A stretch of 64,000 nucleotides of DNA from the human T2T-CHM13v2.0 reference genome, Homo sapiens, in assembly GCA_009914755.4 (NCBI GenBank), contig CP068257.2, forward strand, positions 7,296,001-7,360,000, in the 5' to 3' direction. Position numbers and translations under genes: made by a program. Shown in pieces: positions 1-14,536 of this stretch. Position 1 is the first letter of the stretch; every line of letters begins with the position of its first letter. Under the pieces are notes generated by a model, which saw only the letters and a list, made by a program, of their open reading frames with translations, searched no databases and was not told the origin of the DNA.

Positions 1-2712
1 AGTAGAATGGAATGGAATGGAGTGGAATGGAATGGAATGGAATGCAGTGGAATTTAATGGAACGGAATCAACCCGAATGGAATGGAACGGAATGGAGTGG
101 AAAGGAATGGAATGGAATGGAATGGAATGGAATGGAATGGAATGGAATGGAATCAACCCAAGTGCAATGGAATGGAATGGAATGCAATGGTATCAACCCG
201 AGTGGAATGGAAAGGAAAGGAATGAAATGAAATGGAATGGAAAGGAATGGAATGGAATCAAACCGAATGGAATGGAATGGAATGGAATGGAAAGTAAAGA
301 ATGGAATGGAATGGAATGGATTGGTATGGAATGGTATGGAATCAACCCGAGTGGAATGGAATGGACAGGAATGGAATAGAATGGAATGGGATGGATTGGA
401 ATGCAATGGAATGGAAAGGAATGGTACGGAATGGAACGGAATGGAATAGAATGAACACGAATGGAATGGAATGGAAAGGAATGGATTGGAATGGAATGGA
501 ATGGAATCAACCCGAGTGGAACGGAATGTAATGAAATGGAGTGGAATGGAAAGGAATGGAATGGAATGGAATGAACACGAATGGAATGGAATGGAATGGA
601 ATGGAATGGAATGGAATGGTATGGAATCAACCCGAGTGGAATGGAATGGACAGGAATGGAATAGAATGGAATGGGATGGAATGGAATGCAATGGAATGGA
701 ATGGAATAGAAAGGAATGGTACGGAATGGAACGGAATGGAATAGAATGAACACGAATGGAATGGAATGGAAAGGAATGGATTGGAATGGAATGGAATGGA
801 ATCAACCCGAGTGGAACGGAATGTAATGGAATGGAGTGGAATGGAATGGAATGGAATGGAATGGAATGGAATGGAATGTAATGCAATGGAATCAACACGA
901 ATGGAATGGAATGGCATGGAATGGAAGGGAATGGAATGAAATGGAATCAACCCTAGTGGAATGGAATGGAATGGAGTTTAATGGAATGGAATAGAATAGA
1001 TTGGTATGGAATCAACCGGAGAGGAATGGTATGGAATGGAATGCAATGGAATGGAATGCAATGCAACAAAATGGAATGGAATGGAATGGTATCAACACGA
1101 GTGGAAGGGAATGGAATGGAATGGAATCAACCGGAGTGGAATGGAATGGAATGGAGTGGAATGGAATGGAATGCAATGAAATGGAAAGGAACGGAATTTA
1201 ATCACCCCGAGTGGAATGGAATAGAATGGAATGGAAAGGAATGGAATCAACCCGAGTGGAATGGAATGGAATGGAATGGAATGGAATGGAATGGAATGGA
1301 ATGGAATCAACCTGAGTGGAATGGAATGGAATGGAATGGAATGGAATGGAATGGAATGGAATGGAATGGAATGAACACGAGTGGAATGGAATAGAATGAA
1401 ATGCAATGGAATGAAATGGAATGCAATGGAATGGAATGGAATGCAAGGCATTGGAATCAACTGGAATGGAATGGAATGCAATGGAATGGAATGGAATGCA
1501 ATGGAATCAACCAGAGTGGAAAGGAATAGAATGGAATGGATTATAATGCAATGGAATGGAATCAATCCTGGTGCAATGGAACGGAATGGCATGGAGTGGA
1601 ATGGAACGGAATGGAATGGAATGGAATGGAATGGAATGGAATGGAATGGAAAGGAATCAACCCGAAAGGAATGGAATGGAACGAAATGGAAAGGAATGGA
1701 ATGCAATGGATTGGAATGGAATGAAATGGATTCAACCCGAATTGAATGGAATGGAATGTTATATAATCAACACGAGTGGAATGAAATGAATGGAAAGAAA
1801 TGGAATGGAATGCAATGGAATGGAATGGAAAGGAATGGAATGGAATCAACCCGAATGGAATTGAATGGAAAGGAATGGAATGGAATGGATTAGAATGGAA
1901 TGGAATGGAATGGAATGGAATGGAATGGAGTGGAATGGAATGGAATGGAATCATCCCGAGTGGAATGGAATGGTATGGAATGCAATGGAATGGAATGGAA
2001 CAGAACGGAAAGGAATGGAATGGAATAGATTGAATCTGAGAGGAATTGACTGGAGTGGAATGGATGGAAATGGAATGCAAGGGATTCAACCCAGTTGAAT
2101 GTCATGGATTGGAAAGGAGTGGAATGGAATGGAATGGAAAGGAGTGGAATGGAATGGAATGGAATCAACCCGAATGGAATGGAACGGAATGGAATGGAAA
2201 GGAAAGGAATGGAATGGAATGGAATGGAATGGAATGGAATGGAATCAACCTGAATAGGATGGAATGGAATGGAATGGAATGGAATACAATGGAATGCTAT
2301 GGAATAAACCCGAGTGTAATGGAAATGCATGGAATGGAATGGAATGGAATGGAATGGAATGGAATCAACCCAAGTGCAATGGAATGGAATGGAATGCAAC
2401 GGAATCAACCCGAGTGGAATGGAATGGACAGGAATGGAATAGAATGGAATGGGATGGAATGGAATGCAACGGAATGGAAAGAATGGTATGGAATGGAACG
2501 GAATGGAATAGAATGAACACGAATGGAATGGAATGGAAAGGAATGGATTGGAATGGAATGGAATGGAATCAACCCGAGTGGAACGGAATGTAATGGAATG
2601 GAGTGGAATTGAATGGAGTGGAATGGAATGGAATGGAATCAACACGAATGGAATGGAATGGCATGGAATGGAAGGGAATGGAATGGAATGGAATCAACCC
2701 TAGTGGAATGGA

Positions 2713-4960
2713 ATGGAATGGAGTTTAATGGAATGGAATAGAATAGATTGGTATGGAATCAACCCGAGAGGAATGGTATGGAATGGAATGCAATGGAATG
2801 GAATGGAATGGAATAAAATGGAATGGAATGGAATGAAATCAACCCGAGTGGAATGGAATGGAATGGAATGCAATGGAATGAAGCGGAATATAATGCAATG
2901 GAATGGAAACATCCCGAGTGGAATGGAATGGTATGGAATGCAATGGAACGGAATGGAACAGAACGGAATGGAATGGAACGGAATAGATTGAATCAGAGAG
3001 GAATTGAATGCAGAGGAATGGATTGGAATGGAATGCAATGGATTCAACCCTAGTTGAATGTCATGGATTGGAAAAGAATGGAATGGAATGGAATGGAATG
3101 GAGTGGAATGGAATGGTGTGGAATCAACACGAATGGAAAGGAACGAAATGGAATGGAATGGAATGGAATGGAATGGAATGGAATGGAATAGAATGGAATG
3201 GAATGGAAACAACACGAATAGAATGGAACGGAATGGAATGGAATGCTGTGGAATGGAATGGAATGGAAAGGAATCAACCCCAGTGGAATGAAATGGAATG
3301 TAATGCAATGGAATGGAGCGAAATCAACCTGAGTCAAATGCAATGGAATGGAATGGAATGGAGTGGAATGGAATGGAATGGAATGGAATGGAACGGAATG
3401 GAATCCAATGGAATCAACTGGAATGGAATAGCACAGAATGGAATGGAATGGAATGGAATCAATCCGGGTGGAATGGAATGGAATGTATGGAGTGGAATGG
3501 AATGGAATGGAATGGAGTGGAATGGAATGGAATGGAAAGCAGTGGAATTTAATTGAAGGGAATCAACCCGAATGGAATGGAACGGAATGGAATGTAAAGG
3601 AATGGAATGGAATGGAATGGAATGGAATGGAATGGAATGGAATCAACCTGAATAGGATGGAATGGAATGGAATGGAATGGAATACAATGGAATGCTATGG
3701 AATAATCCCGAGTGTAATGGAAATGCATGGAATGGAATGGAATGGAATGGAATGGAATCAACCCAAGTGCAATGGAATGGAATGGAATGCAACGGAATCA
3801 ACCCAAGTGGAATGGAATGGACAGGAATGGAATAGAATGGAATGGGATGGAATGGAATGCAATGGAATGGAAAGGAATGGTACGGAATGGAACGGAATGG
3901 AACGGAATGGAATAGAATGAACACGAAAAGAATGGAATGGAAAGGAATGGATTGGAATGGAATGGAATGGAATCAACCCGAGTGGAACGGAATGTAATGG
4001 AATGGAGTGGAATGGAATGGAATGGAATGGAATGGAATCAACACGAATGGAATGAATGGAATGGAATGGAATGGAATGGAATGGAATGGAATGGAATCAA
4101 CCCTAGTGGAATGGAATCGAATGAAGTTTAATGGAATGGAATAGAATAGATTGGTATGGAATCAACCCGAGAGGAATGGTATGGAATGGAATGCAATGGA
4201 ATGGAATGGAATGGAATAAAATGGAACGGAATGGAATGGAATCAACACGAGTGGAAGGGAATGGAATGGAATGGAATCAAAAGGAGTGGAATGGAATGGA
4301 ATGGAGTGGAATGGAATGGAATGCAATGAAATGGAAAGGAACGGAATTTAATCAACCCGAGTGGAATGGAATAGAATGGAATGGAAAGGAATGCAATCAA
4401 CCCGAGAGGAATGGTATGGAATGGGATGCAATGCAATGGAATGGAATGGAATAGAATGGAATGCAATGGAATGGAATCAACCCGAGTGGAAGGGAATGGA
4501 ATGGAATGGAATCAACCGGATTGGAATGGAATGGAATGGAGTGGAATGGAATGAATGCAATGAAATGGAAAGGAATACTATGAAATCAACCCGAGTGTAA
4601 TGGAAATGAACGGAATGGAATGGAATGGAATGGAATGGAATCAAGCCAAGTGCAATGGAATGGAATAGAATGCAACAAAATCAACCTGAGTGGAATGGAA
4701 TAGAAAGGCATGCAATGGAATGGAATGGAAAGCAATGGAATGGAATCAACCGGACTGGAATGGAATGGAATCGAAAGGAATGAATGGAATGGAATGGAAT
4801 GGAAAGGTATGGATTCCACCCGAGTGGAATGGAACGGAATGGAATGGAATGGAGTGGAATGGAAGGCAATGAAATGGAATGGAAAGGAATGGAATGGAAT
4901 GGAATGGAATGCAACGGAACGGAATGGAATTGATTGGCATGGAATGAACCTGAATGGAAT
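2713..4960. repeat. Duplicated segment (copy 1 of a 9.09-9.12 kb-offset pair): chimeric A/P block, then Q-R-S-T-V-A'
   Basis: Anchors 2713 MEWSLMEWNRIDWYGINPRG...MKRNIMQWNGNIPSGMEWYGMQWNGMEQNGMEWNGID, 3058 MSWIGKE (the MNVMDWK sequence is present at 3058 but in the adjacent frame), 3313 MERNQPESNAMEWNG, 3438 S, 3937 V, 4131 A', 4690 MEWNRKACNG and 4839 MEWNGVEWKAMKW match 11806, 12147, 12411, 12541, 13045, 13250, 13804 and 13943 respectively. Confidence 0.72.
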
Positions 4961-5399
4961 AGAATGGAATGGAATGGAATGGAATGAAATGGAATGGAAT
5001 GGAATGGTATGGAATGGAATGGAAACAACACGAATGGAATGGAACGGAAAGGAATGGAATGGAATGCTGTGGAATGGAATGGAATGGAATGAAATAAACA
5101 CGAATAGAATGGAATGGAATGGAATGGAACGGAATGGAATGGAATGGAATGGAATTGAATGGAATGAAATGGAAAGGAACGGAATGGAATTAACCGAGGG
5201 GAACGGAATGGAATGGAAAGGAATCAATCCGAGTGGAATGAAATGGAATGTAATGCAATGGAATGGAGCAGAATCAACCTGACTCGAATGCAATGGAATG
5301 GAATGGATTGGAGTGGAATGGAACGGAAGGTAATGGAATGGAATGGAATGGAATGGAATGGAATGGAATGGAATGGAATCCAACGGATTCAACTGGAAT

Positions 5400-8300
5400 G
5401 GAATAGCATAGAATGGAATGGAATGGAATGAAATCAATCCGGTGGAATGGAATGGAATGTATGGAGTGGAATGGAATGGAATGGAGTGGAATGGAATGGA
5501 ATGGAATGCAGTGGAATTTAATGGAATGTAATCAACCCGAATGGAATGGAATGGAATGGAATGGAAAGGAGTGGAATGGAATGGAATGGAATGGAATGGA
5601 ATGGAATGGAATCAACCCAAATGGGATGGGATGGAATGGAATGGAATGGAATCAACCTGAATGGAATGGAATGGAATGGAATGGAAAGGAATGGAATGGA
5701 ATGGAATGGAATAGAATGGAATCAACCAGAATGGGATGGAATAGAATGGAATGGAATGGAATGGAAAGGAATCCTATTGAATCAACCCGAGTGTAATGGA
5801 AAAGAATGGAATGGAATGGAATGGAATGGAATGCAATGGAATGGAATCAAACCAAGTGCAATGGAATGGAATAGAATGCAACGGAACCAACCCGAGTGGA
5901 ATGGAATAGAAAGGCATGCAATGGAATGGAATGGAAAGCAGTGGAATGGAATCAACCCCACTGGAATGGAATGGAATGGAAAGGAATGAAGGGAATGGAA
6001 TGGAATGGGAAGGTATGGAATCAACCCGAATGGAATGGAATGGAATGGAATGGAATGGAATGGAATGGAGTCGAATGGAATGGAATGGAATGGAATGGAA
6101 TGGAGTGGAATGGAATGGAGTGGAATGGAAAGGAGTGGAATCGAGTGGAATGGAATGGAATGGAGTGGAATGGAAGGCAATGAAATTTTATGGAATGGAA
6201 TAGAAAGGAACGGAACAGAATGGAATTGAATGGCATGGAAAGGACCCGAATGCAATGGAATGGAATGGAATGGAATGGAATGGAATGGCATGGAATCAAC
6301 CCGAATGGAATGGAATGGAATGGAATGGAATGGAATGGAATGGAATGGCATGGAATCAACCCGAGTGGAATGGAATGGAAAGGAATTCAATGGAATGGAA
6401 AGGAATGCAATGGTATGGAATCAACCAGAGTGGAATATTATCGAATACAATGGAATGGAACGGAATGGAATGGAATAAAATGTAATGGAATGGAATGGAA
6501 TCAACCGGAGTGCAATGAAATGGAATGGAATAAAATGGAATGGAATGGAATTAAATGGAAAAGAACGGAATGGAATCAACACGAGTGGAATGGAATGGAA
6601 TGGAATGGAATCAATCCGAGTGGAATGGAATGGAATGGAATGCAATGGAATGAAACGGAATATAATGGAATGGAATGGAAACATCCCGAGTGGAATGGAA
6701 TGGTATGGAATGCAATGGAACGGAATGGAACGGAACGGAATGGAATGGAACGGAATAGATTGAATCAGAGAGGAATTGAATGGAGAGGAATGGAATGGAA
6801 TGGAATGCAATGGATTCAACTCTAGTTGAATATCATGGATTGGAAAGGAATGGAATGGAATGGAATGGAGTGGAATGGAATAGAATCAACTCGAGTGCAA
6901 TGGAATGTAATGGAATGGAGTGGAATGGAATGGAATGCAATGAAATGGAAAGGAATGCTATGGAATCAACCCGAGTGTAATGGAAATGAATGGAATGGAA
7001 TGGAATAGAAAGGAATGAATGGAAAGGAATGAAATGGAATGGAATGGTATGGAATCAACCCGAGTGGAATGGAATGGACTGGAATGGAATAGAATGGAAT
7101 GGAATCGAATGGAATGCAACGGAATCAACCCGAGTAGAATGGAATAGAAAGAAATGGAATGAAATGGAATGGAAAGGAATGGAATGGAATCAACACGAAT
7201 GGAATGGAATGGAATGGAAAGGAATGAATGGAATGGAATGGAATGGAATGGAATGGTAGGGAATCAACACGAGTGGAATGGAATGGAATGGAATGGAATG
7301 GAATGCTATGCAATCAACAGGAGTGTAATGGAAATGAATGGAATGGAATGGAATGGAATGGAATAGAATGGAATAAACCAGAATGGAATGGAATGGAATG
7401 GATTGGAATGGAATGGAATGGATTGGAATGCTATGCAATCAACAGGAGTGTAATGGAAATGAATGGAATGGAATGGAATGGAATGGAATAAACCCAAGTG
7501 CAATGGAATGGAATAGAATGCAATGGAATCAAAAAAAAGTGGAATGGAATAGAAAGGCATGCAATGGAATGGAATGGAAAGCAAAGGAATGGAATCAACC
7601 CGACTGGAATGGAATGGAATGGAAAGGAATGAAGGGAATGGAATGGAATGGAAAGGTATGGAATCAACTCGAGTGGAATGGAATGGAATGGAATGGAATG
7701 GAATGGAATGGAATGGAATGGAATGGAATGGAGTGGAATGGAAGGCAATGCCATGGAATGGAATGGAATGTAATGGAATGGAATGGAACGGAATGGAATT
7801 GAATGGCATGGAATGAACCCGACTGGAATGGAATGCAATGGAATGCAATGGAATGGAATGGAATGGAATGGAATGGAATGGAATGGAATGGAATCAACCA
7901 GAATGGAATGGAATGGAATGGAATGGAGTGGAATGTAATGGAATTGAATGGAATGGAATAGAATGGAATGGAAAGGAATCAACCCGAATTGAATGGAATG
8001 GAATGGAATGGAATGGAATGGAATGGAATGGAATGGAATGGAATGGAATGGAATCAACCCGAGTGGAATGGAATGGAATGGAATTGAATGGAATCAACCT
8101 AAATGGAATGGAATGGAATGGAATGGAAAGGAATGCAATGGAATGGAATGAAATGGAATGGAATAGAATGGAATCAACAAGAATGGGATGGAATAGAATG
8201 GAATGGAATGGAATGGAAAGGAATCCTATTGAATCAACCCGAGTGTAATGGAAAAGAATGGAATGGAATGGAATGGAATGGAATTCAATGGAATGGAATC

Positions 8301-10900
8301 AAACCAAGTGCAATGGAATGGAATAGAATGCAACGGAACCAACCCGAGTGGAATGGAATAGAAAGGCATGCAATGGAATGGAATGGAAAGCAGTGGAATG
8401 GAATCAACCCGACTGGAATGGAATGGAATGGAAAGGAATGAAGGGAATGGAATGGAATGGGAAGGTATGGAATCAACCCGAGTGGAATGGAATGGAATGG
8501 AATGGAATGGAATGGAGTGCAATGGAATGGAATGGAATGGAATGGAATGCAGTGGAATGGAATGGAGTGGAATGGAATGGAGTGGAATCGAGTGGAATGG
8601 AATGGAATGGAGTGGAATGGAAGGCAATGAAATTTTATGGAATGGAATAGAAAGCAGCGGAACAGAATGGAATTGAATGGCATGGAATGGACCCGAATGC
8701 AATGGAATGGAATGGAATGGAATGGAATGGAATGGAATGGAATGAAATGGAATGGAATCAACCCGAATGGAATGGAATGGAATGGAATTAAATGGAAAGG
8801 AATGGAATGGAATCAACACGAGTGGAATGGAATGGAATGGAATCAATCCGAGTGGAATGGAATGGAAAGAATGGAATGCAATGGAATGGAATGGAAAGGA
8901 ATGGAATGGAGTGGAATGGAAGGCAAGGCAATGGAATGGAATGGAATGGAACGGAATGGAATTCAATGGCATGGAATGAACTCGTCTGGAATGGAATGCA
9001 ATGGAATGGAATGGAATGGAAAGGAATGGAATGGAATGGAATGGAATCAACCCGAATGCAATGGAATGGAATGGAATGGAGTGGAATGGAATGGAATTGA
9101 ATGGAATGGAATGGAATGGAAAGGAATCAACCCGAATGGAATAGAATGGAATGGAATGGAATGGAATGGAATGGAATGGAATGGAATGGAATGGAATCAA
9201 CCCGAGTGGAATGGAATGGAATGGAATGGAGTTGAATGGAATGGAATTGAATGGAATGGAATGGAATGGAAAGGAATCAACCCGAATGGAATAGAATGGA
9301 ATGGAATGGAATGGAATGGAATGGAATGGAATGGAATCAACCCGAGTGGAATGGAATGGAATGGAATTCTATGGAATGGAATGGAATGGGATGGTATGGA
9401 ATCAACCTGAATGGAATATTATCGAATGAAATGGAATGGAACGGGACGGTATGGAAGCAACCCGAGTGGAATATTATCGAATGAAATGGAATGGAACGGA
9501 ATGTAATGGAATAAAATGTAATGGAATGGAATGGAATCAACCGGAGTGCAATGGAATGGAATGGAATAAAATGGAATGGAATGGAATTAAATGGAAAGGA
9601 ACGGAATGGAATCAACACGAGTGGAATGGAATGGAATGGAATGGAATGGAATGGAATGGAATGGAATCAATCCGAGTGGAATGGAATGGAATGGAATGCA
9701 ATGGAATGAAACGGAATATAATGGAATGGAATGGAAACATCCCGAGTGGAATGGAATGGTATGGAATGCAATGGAACGGAATGGAACAGAACGGAATGGA
9801 ATGGAACGGAATAGATTGAATCAGAGAGGAATTGAATGGAGAGGAATGGAATGGAATGGAATGCAATAGATTCAACTCTAGTTGAATATCATGGATTGGA
9901 AAGGAATGGAATGGAATGGAATGGAATGGAATGGAATGGAATGGAATGGAGTGGAATGGAATAGAATCAACTCGAGTGCAATGGAATGTAATGGAATGGA
10001 GTGGAATGGAATAGAATGCAATGAAATGGAAAGGAATGCTATGGAATCAACCCGAGTGTAATGGAAATGAATGGAATGGAATGGAATAGAAAGGAATGAA
10101 TGGAATGGAATGGAATGGAATGGAATGGAATGGAATGGAATGGTACGGAATCAACCCGAGTAGAATGGAATGGAAAGAAATGGAATGAAATGGAATGGAA
10201 AGGAATGGAATGGAATCAACACGAATGGAATGGAATGGAATGGAAAGGAATGAATGCAATGGAATGGAATGGAATGGAATGGTAGGGAATCAACCCGAGT
10301 GGAATGGAATGGAATGGAATGGAATGGAATGGAATGGAATGGAATACAGCCGAATGGGATGGAATGCAATGGAATGGAATGGAATGGAATAGAATCAACC
10401 CGAATGGAATGGAACGGAATGGAATGAAAAGGAATGGAATGGAAAGGAATGGAATGGAATAGAATGGAATAAACCAGAATGGAATGGAATGGAATGGATT
10501 GGAATGGAATGGAATGCTATGCAATCAACAGGAGTGTAATGGAAATGAATGGAATGGAATGGAATGGAATGGAATGGAATGGAATGGAATGGAATAAACC
10601 CAAGTGCAATGGAATGGAATAGAATGCAACGGAATCAACCCAAGTGGAATGGAATAGAAAGGCATGCAATGGAATGGAATGGAAAGCAAAGGAATGGAAT
10701 GAACCCGACTGGAATGGAATGGAATGGAAAGGAATGAAGGGAATGAAATGGAATGGAAAGGTATGGAATCAACTCGAGTGGAATGGAATTGAATGGAATG
10801 GAATGGAATGGAATGGAATGGAATGGAATGGAAACAACATGAATAGAATGGAACGGAATGGAATGGAATGCTGTGGAATGGAATGGAATGGAAAGGAATC
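5400..10900. repeat. Type II (D) domain containing an internal tandem duplication of ~2.45-3.1 kb
   Basis: Anchors 5796, 5896 (MEWNRKACNG...AVEWNQP[HD]WNG) and 6190 (MEWNRK[EQ]RNRMELNG) recur at 8248, 8348 and 8637, at offsets 2452 and 2447. Anchors 6485, 6826, ~7128 and 7169 recur at 9521, ~9880, ~10148 and 10195, at an offset of ~3030. The same block family recurs at 14537-16030 (offset 6729 from 7838-8650) and at 23950-25400 (a further 9372). Confidence 0.55.
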
Positions 10901-11805
10901 AACCCGAGTGGAATGAAATGGAATAGAATGCTGTGGAATGGAATGGAATGGATAGGAATCAACCCGAGTGGAATGAAATGGAATGTAATGCAATGGAATG
11001 GAGCGGAATCAACCTGAGTCAAAGGCAATGGAATGGAATGGAATGGAGTGGAATGGAATGGAATGGAATGGAATGGAAATTAATGGAATGGAATGGAACG
11101 GAATGGAATCCAATGGAATCAACTGGAATGGAATAGCACAGAATGGAATGGAATGGAATGGAATCACTCCGGGTGGAATGGAATGGAATGTATGACGTGG
11201 AATGGAATGGAATGGAGTGGAATGGAATGGAATGGAATGCAGTGGAAATTAAAGGAACGGAATCAACCCGAATGGAATGGAACGGAATGGAATGGAAAGG
11301 AAAGGAATGGAATGGAATGGAATGGAATGGAATGGAATGGAATCAACCTGAATAGGATGGAATGGAATGGAATGGAATGGAATACAATGGAATGCTATGG
11401 AATAAACCCGAGTGTAATGGAAATGCATGGAATGGAATGGAATGGAATGGAATGGAATGGAATGGAATCAACCCAAGTGCAATGGAATGGAATGGAATGC
11501 AACGGAATCAACCCGAGTGGAATGGAATGGACAGGAATGGAATAGAATGGAATGGGATGGAATGGAATGCAACGGAATGGAAAGAATGGTACGGAATGGA
11601 ACGGAATGGAATAGAATGAACACGAATGGAATGGAATGGAAAGGAATGGATTGGAATGGAATGGAATGGAATCAACCCGAGTGGAACGGAATGTAATGGA
11701 ATGGAGTGGAATGGAATGGAATGGAATGGAATCAACACGAATGTAATGGAATGGCATGGAATGGAAGGGAATGGAATGGAATGGAATCAACCCTAGTGGA
11801 ATGGA

Positions 11806-14064
11806 ATGGAATGGAGTTTAATGGAATGGAATAGAATAGATTGGTATGGAATCAACCCGAGAGGAATGGTATGGAATGGAATGCAATGGAATGGAATGGA
11901 ATGGAATAAAATGGAATGGAATGGAATGAAATCAACCCGAGTGGAATGGAATGGAATGGAATGCAATGGAATGAAGCGGAATATAATGCAATGGAATGGA
12001 AACATCCCGAGTGGAATGGAATGGTATGGAATGCAATGGAACGGAATGGAACAGAACGGAATGCAATGGAACGGAATAGATTGAATCAGAGAGGAATTGA
12101 ATGCAGAGGAATGGATTGGAATGGAATGCAATGGATTCAACCCTAGTTGAATGTCATGGATTGGAAAAGAATGGAATGGAATGGAATGGAATGGAATGGA
12201 GTGGAATGGAATGGTGTGGAATCAACACGAATGGAAAGGAACGAAATGGAATGGAATGGAATGGAATGGAAACAAAACGAATGGAATGGAACGGAATGGA
12301 ATGGAAACAACACGAATAGAATGGAACGGAATGGAATGGAATGCTGTGGAATGGAATGGAATGGAAAGGAATCAACCCCAGTGGAATGAAATGGAATGTA
12401 ATGCAATGGAATGGAGCGAAATCAACCTGAGTCAAATGCAATGGAATGGAATGGATTGGAGTGGAATGGAATGGAATGGAATGGAATGGAATGGAATGGA
12501 ATGGAATCCAATGGAATCAACTGGAATGGAATAGCACAGAATGGAATGGAATGGAATGGAATCAATCCGGGTGGAATGGAATGGAATGTATGGAGTGGAA
12601 TGGAATGGAATGGAATGGAGTGGAATGGAATGGAAAGGAATGCAGTGGAATTTAATGGAAGGGAATCAACCCGAATGGAATGGAACGGAATGGAATGGAA
12701 AGGAATGGAATGGAATGGAATGGAATGGAATGGAATGGAATGGAATCAACCTGAATAGGATGGAATGGAATGGAATGGAATGGAATACAATGGAATGCTA
12801 TGGAATAAACCCGAGTGTAATGGAAATGCATGGAATGGAATGGAATGGAATGGAATGGAATGGAATCAACCCAAGTGCAATGGAATGGAATGGAATGCAA
12901 CGGAATCAACCCAAGTGGAATGGAATGGACAGGAATGGAATAGAATGGAATGGGATGGAATGGAATGCAATGGAATGGAAAGGAATGGTACGGAATGGAA
13001 CGGAATGGAACGGAATGGAATAGAATGAACACGAAAAGAATGGAATGGAAAGGAATGGATTGGAATGGAATGGAATGGAATCAACCCGAGTGGAACGGAA
13101 TGTAATGGAATGGAGTGGAGTGGAATGGAATGGAATGGAATGGAATCAACACGAATGGAATGGAATGGCATGGAATGGAATGGAATGGAATGGAATGGAA
13201 TGGAATGGAATGGAATCAACCCTAGTGGAATGGAATCGAATGGAGTTTAATGGAATGGAATAGAATAGATTGGTATGGAATCAACCCGAGAGGAATGGTA
13301 TGGAATGGAATGCAATGGAATGGAATGGAATGGAATAAAATGGAACGGAATGGAATGGAATCAACGCGAGTGGAAGGGAATGGAATGGAATGGAATCAAA
13401 AGGAGTGGAATGGAATGGAATGGAGTGGAATGGAATGGAATGCAATGAAATGGAAAGGAACGGAATTTAATCAACCCGAGTGGAATGGAATAGAATGGAA
13501 TGGAAAGGAATGCAATCAACCCGAGAGGAATGGTATGGAATGGGATGCAATGCAATGGAATGGAATGGAATAGAATGGAATGCAATGGAATGGAATCAAC
13601 CCGAGTGGAAGGGAATGGAATGGAATGGAATCAACCGGATTGGAATGGAATGGAATGGAGTGGAATGGAATGAATGCAATGAAATGGAAAGGAATACTAT
13701 GAAATCAACCCGAGTGTAATGGAAATGAACGGAATGGAATGGAATGGAATGGAATCAAGCCAAGTGCAATGGAATGGAATAGAATGCAACAAAATCAACC
13801 CGAGTGGAATGGAATAGAAAGGCATGCAATGGAATGGAATGGAAAGCAATGGAATGGAATCAACCCGACTGGAATGGAATGGAATCGAAAGGAATGAATG
13901 GAATGGAATGGAATGGAAAGGTATGGATTCAACCCGAGTGGAATGGAATGGAATGGAGTGGAATGGAAGGCAATGAAATGGAATGGAAAGGAATGGAATG
14001 GAATGGAATGGAATGCAACGGAACGGAATGGAATTGAATGGCATGGAATGAACCCGAATGGAAT
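11806..14064. repeat. Duplicated segment (copy 2 of the 9.1 kb-offset pair)
   Basis: Offsets to copy 1 are 9093 (2713 to 11806), 9103 (3438 to 12541), 9119 (4131 to 13250), 9114 (4690 to 13804) and 9104 (4839 to 13943). The two copies diverge after ~4960 and ~14064. Confidence 0.72.
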
Positions 14065-14536
14065 AGAATGGAATGGAATGGAATGGAATGCAACGGAATC
14101 AACCCGAGTAGAATGGAATGGAAAGAAATGGAATGAAATGGATTGGAAAGGAATGGAATGGAATCAACACGAATGGAATGGAATGGAATGGAAAGGAATG
14201 AATGGAATGGAATGGAATGGTAGGGAATCAACACGAGTGGAATGGAATGGAATGGAATGGAATGGAATGCTATGCAATCAACAGGAGTGTAATGGAAATG
14301 AATGGAATGGAATGGAATGGAATGGAATGGAATAGAATGGAATAAACCAGAATGGAATGGAATGGAATGGATTGGAATGGAATGGAAGGGATTGGAATGC
14401 TATGCAATCAACAGGAGTGTAATGGAAATGAATAGAATGGAATGGAATGTAATGGAATGGAATGGAGTGGAATGGAAGGCAATGCCATGGAATGGAATGG
14501 AATGTAATGGAATGGAATGGAACGGAATGGAATTGA

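Noticed and set aside
7531-7538. An A8 run (caatggaatcAAAAAAAAgtggaatgg) as a possible poly-A tail of a retroposon insertion
   Set aside because: It is only 8 bp and is flanked on both sides by normal HSat3. Paralogous positions read caacaaaatcaacc[ct]gagtgg (4671, 13781), so this is a local slippage or deletion variant of the 10-mer, not an insertion.
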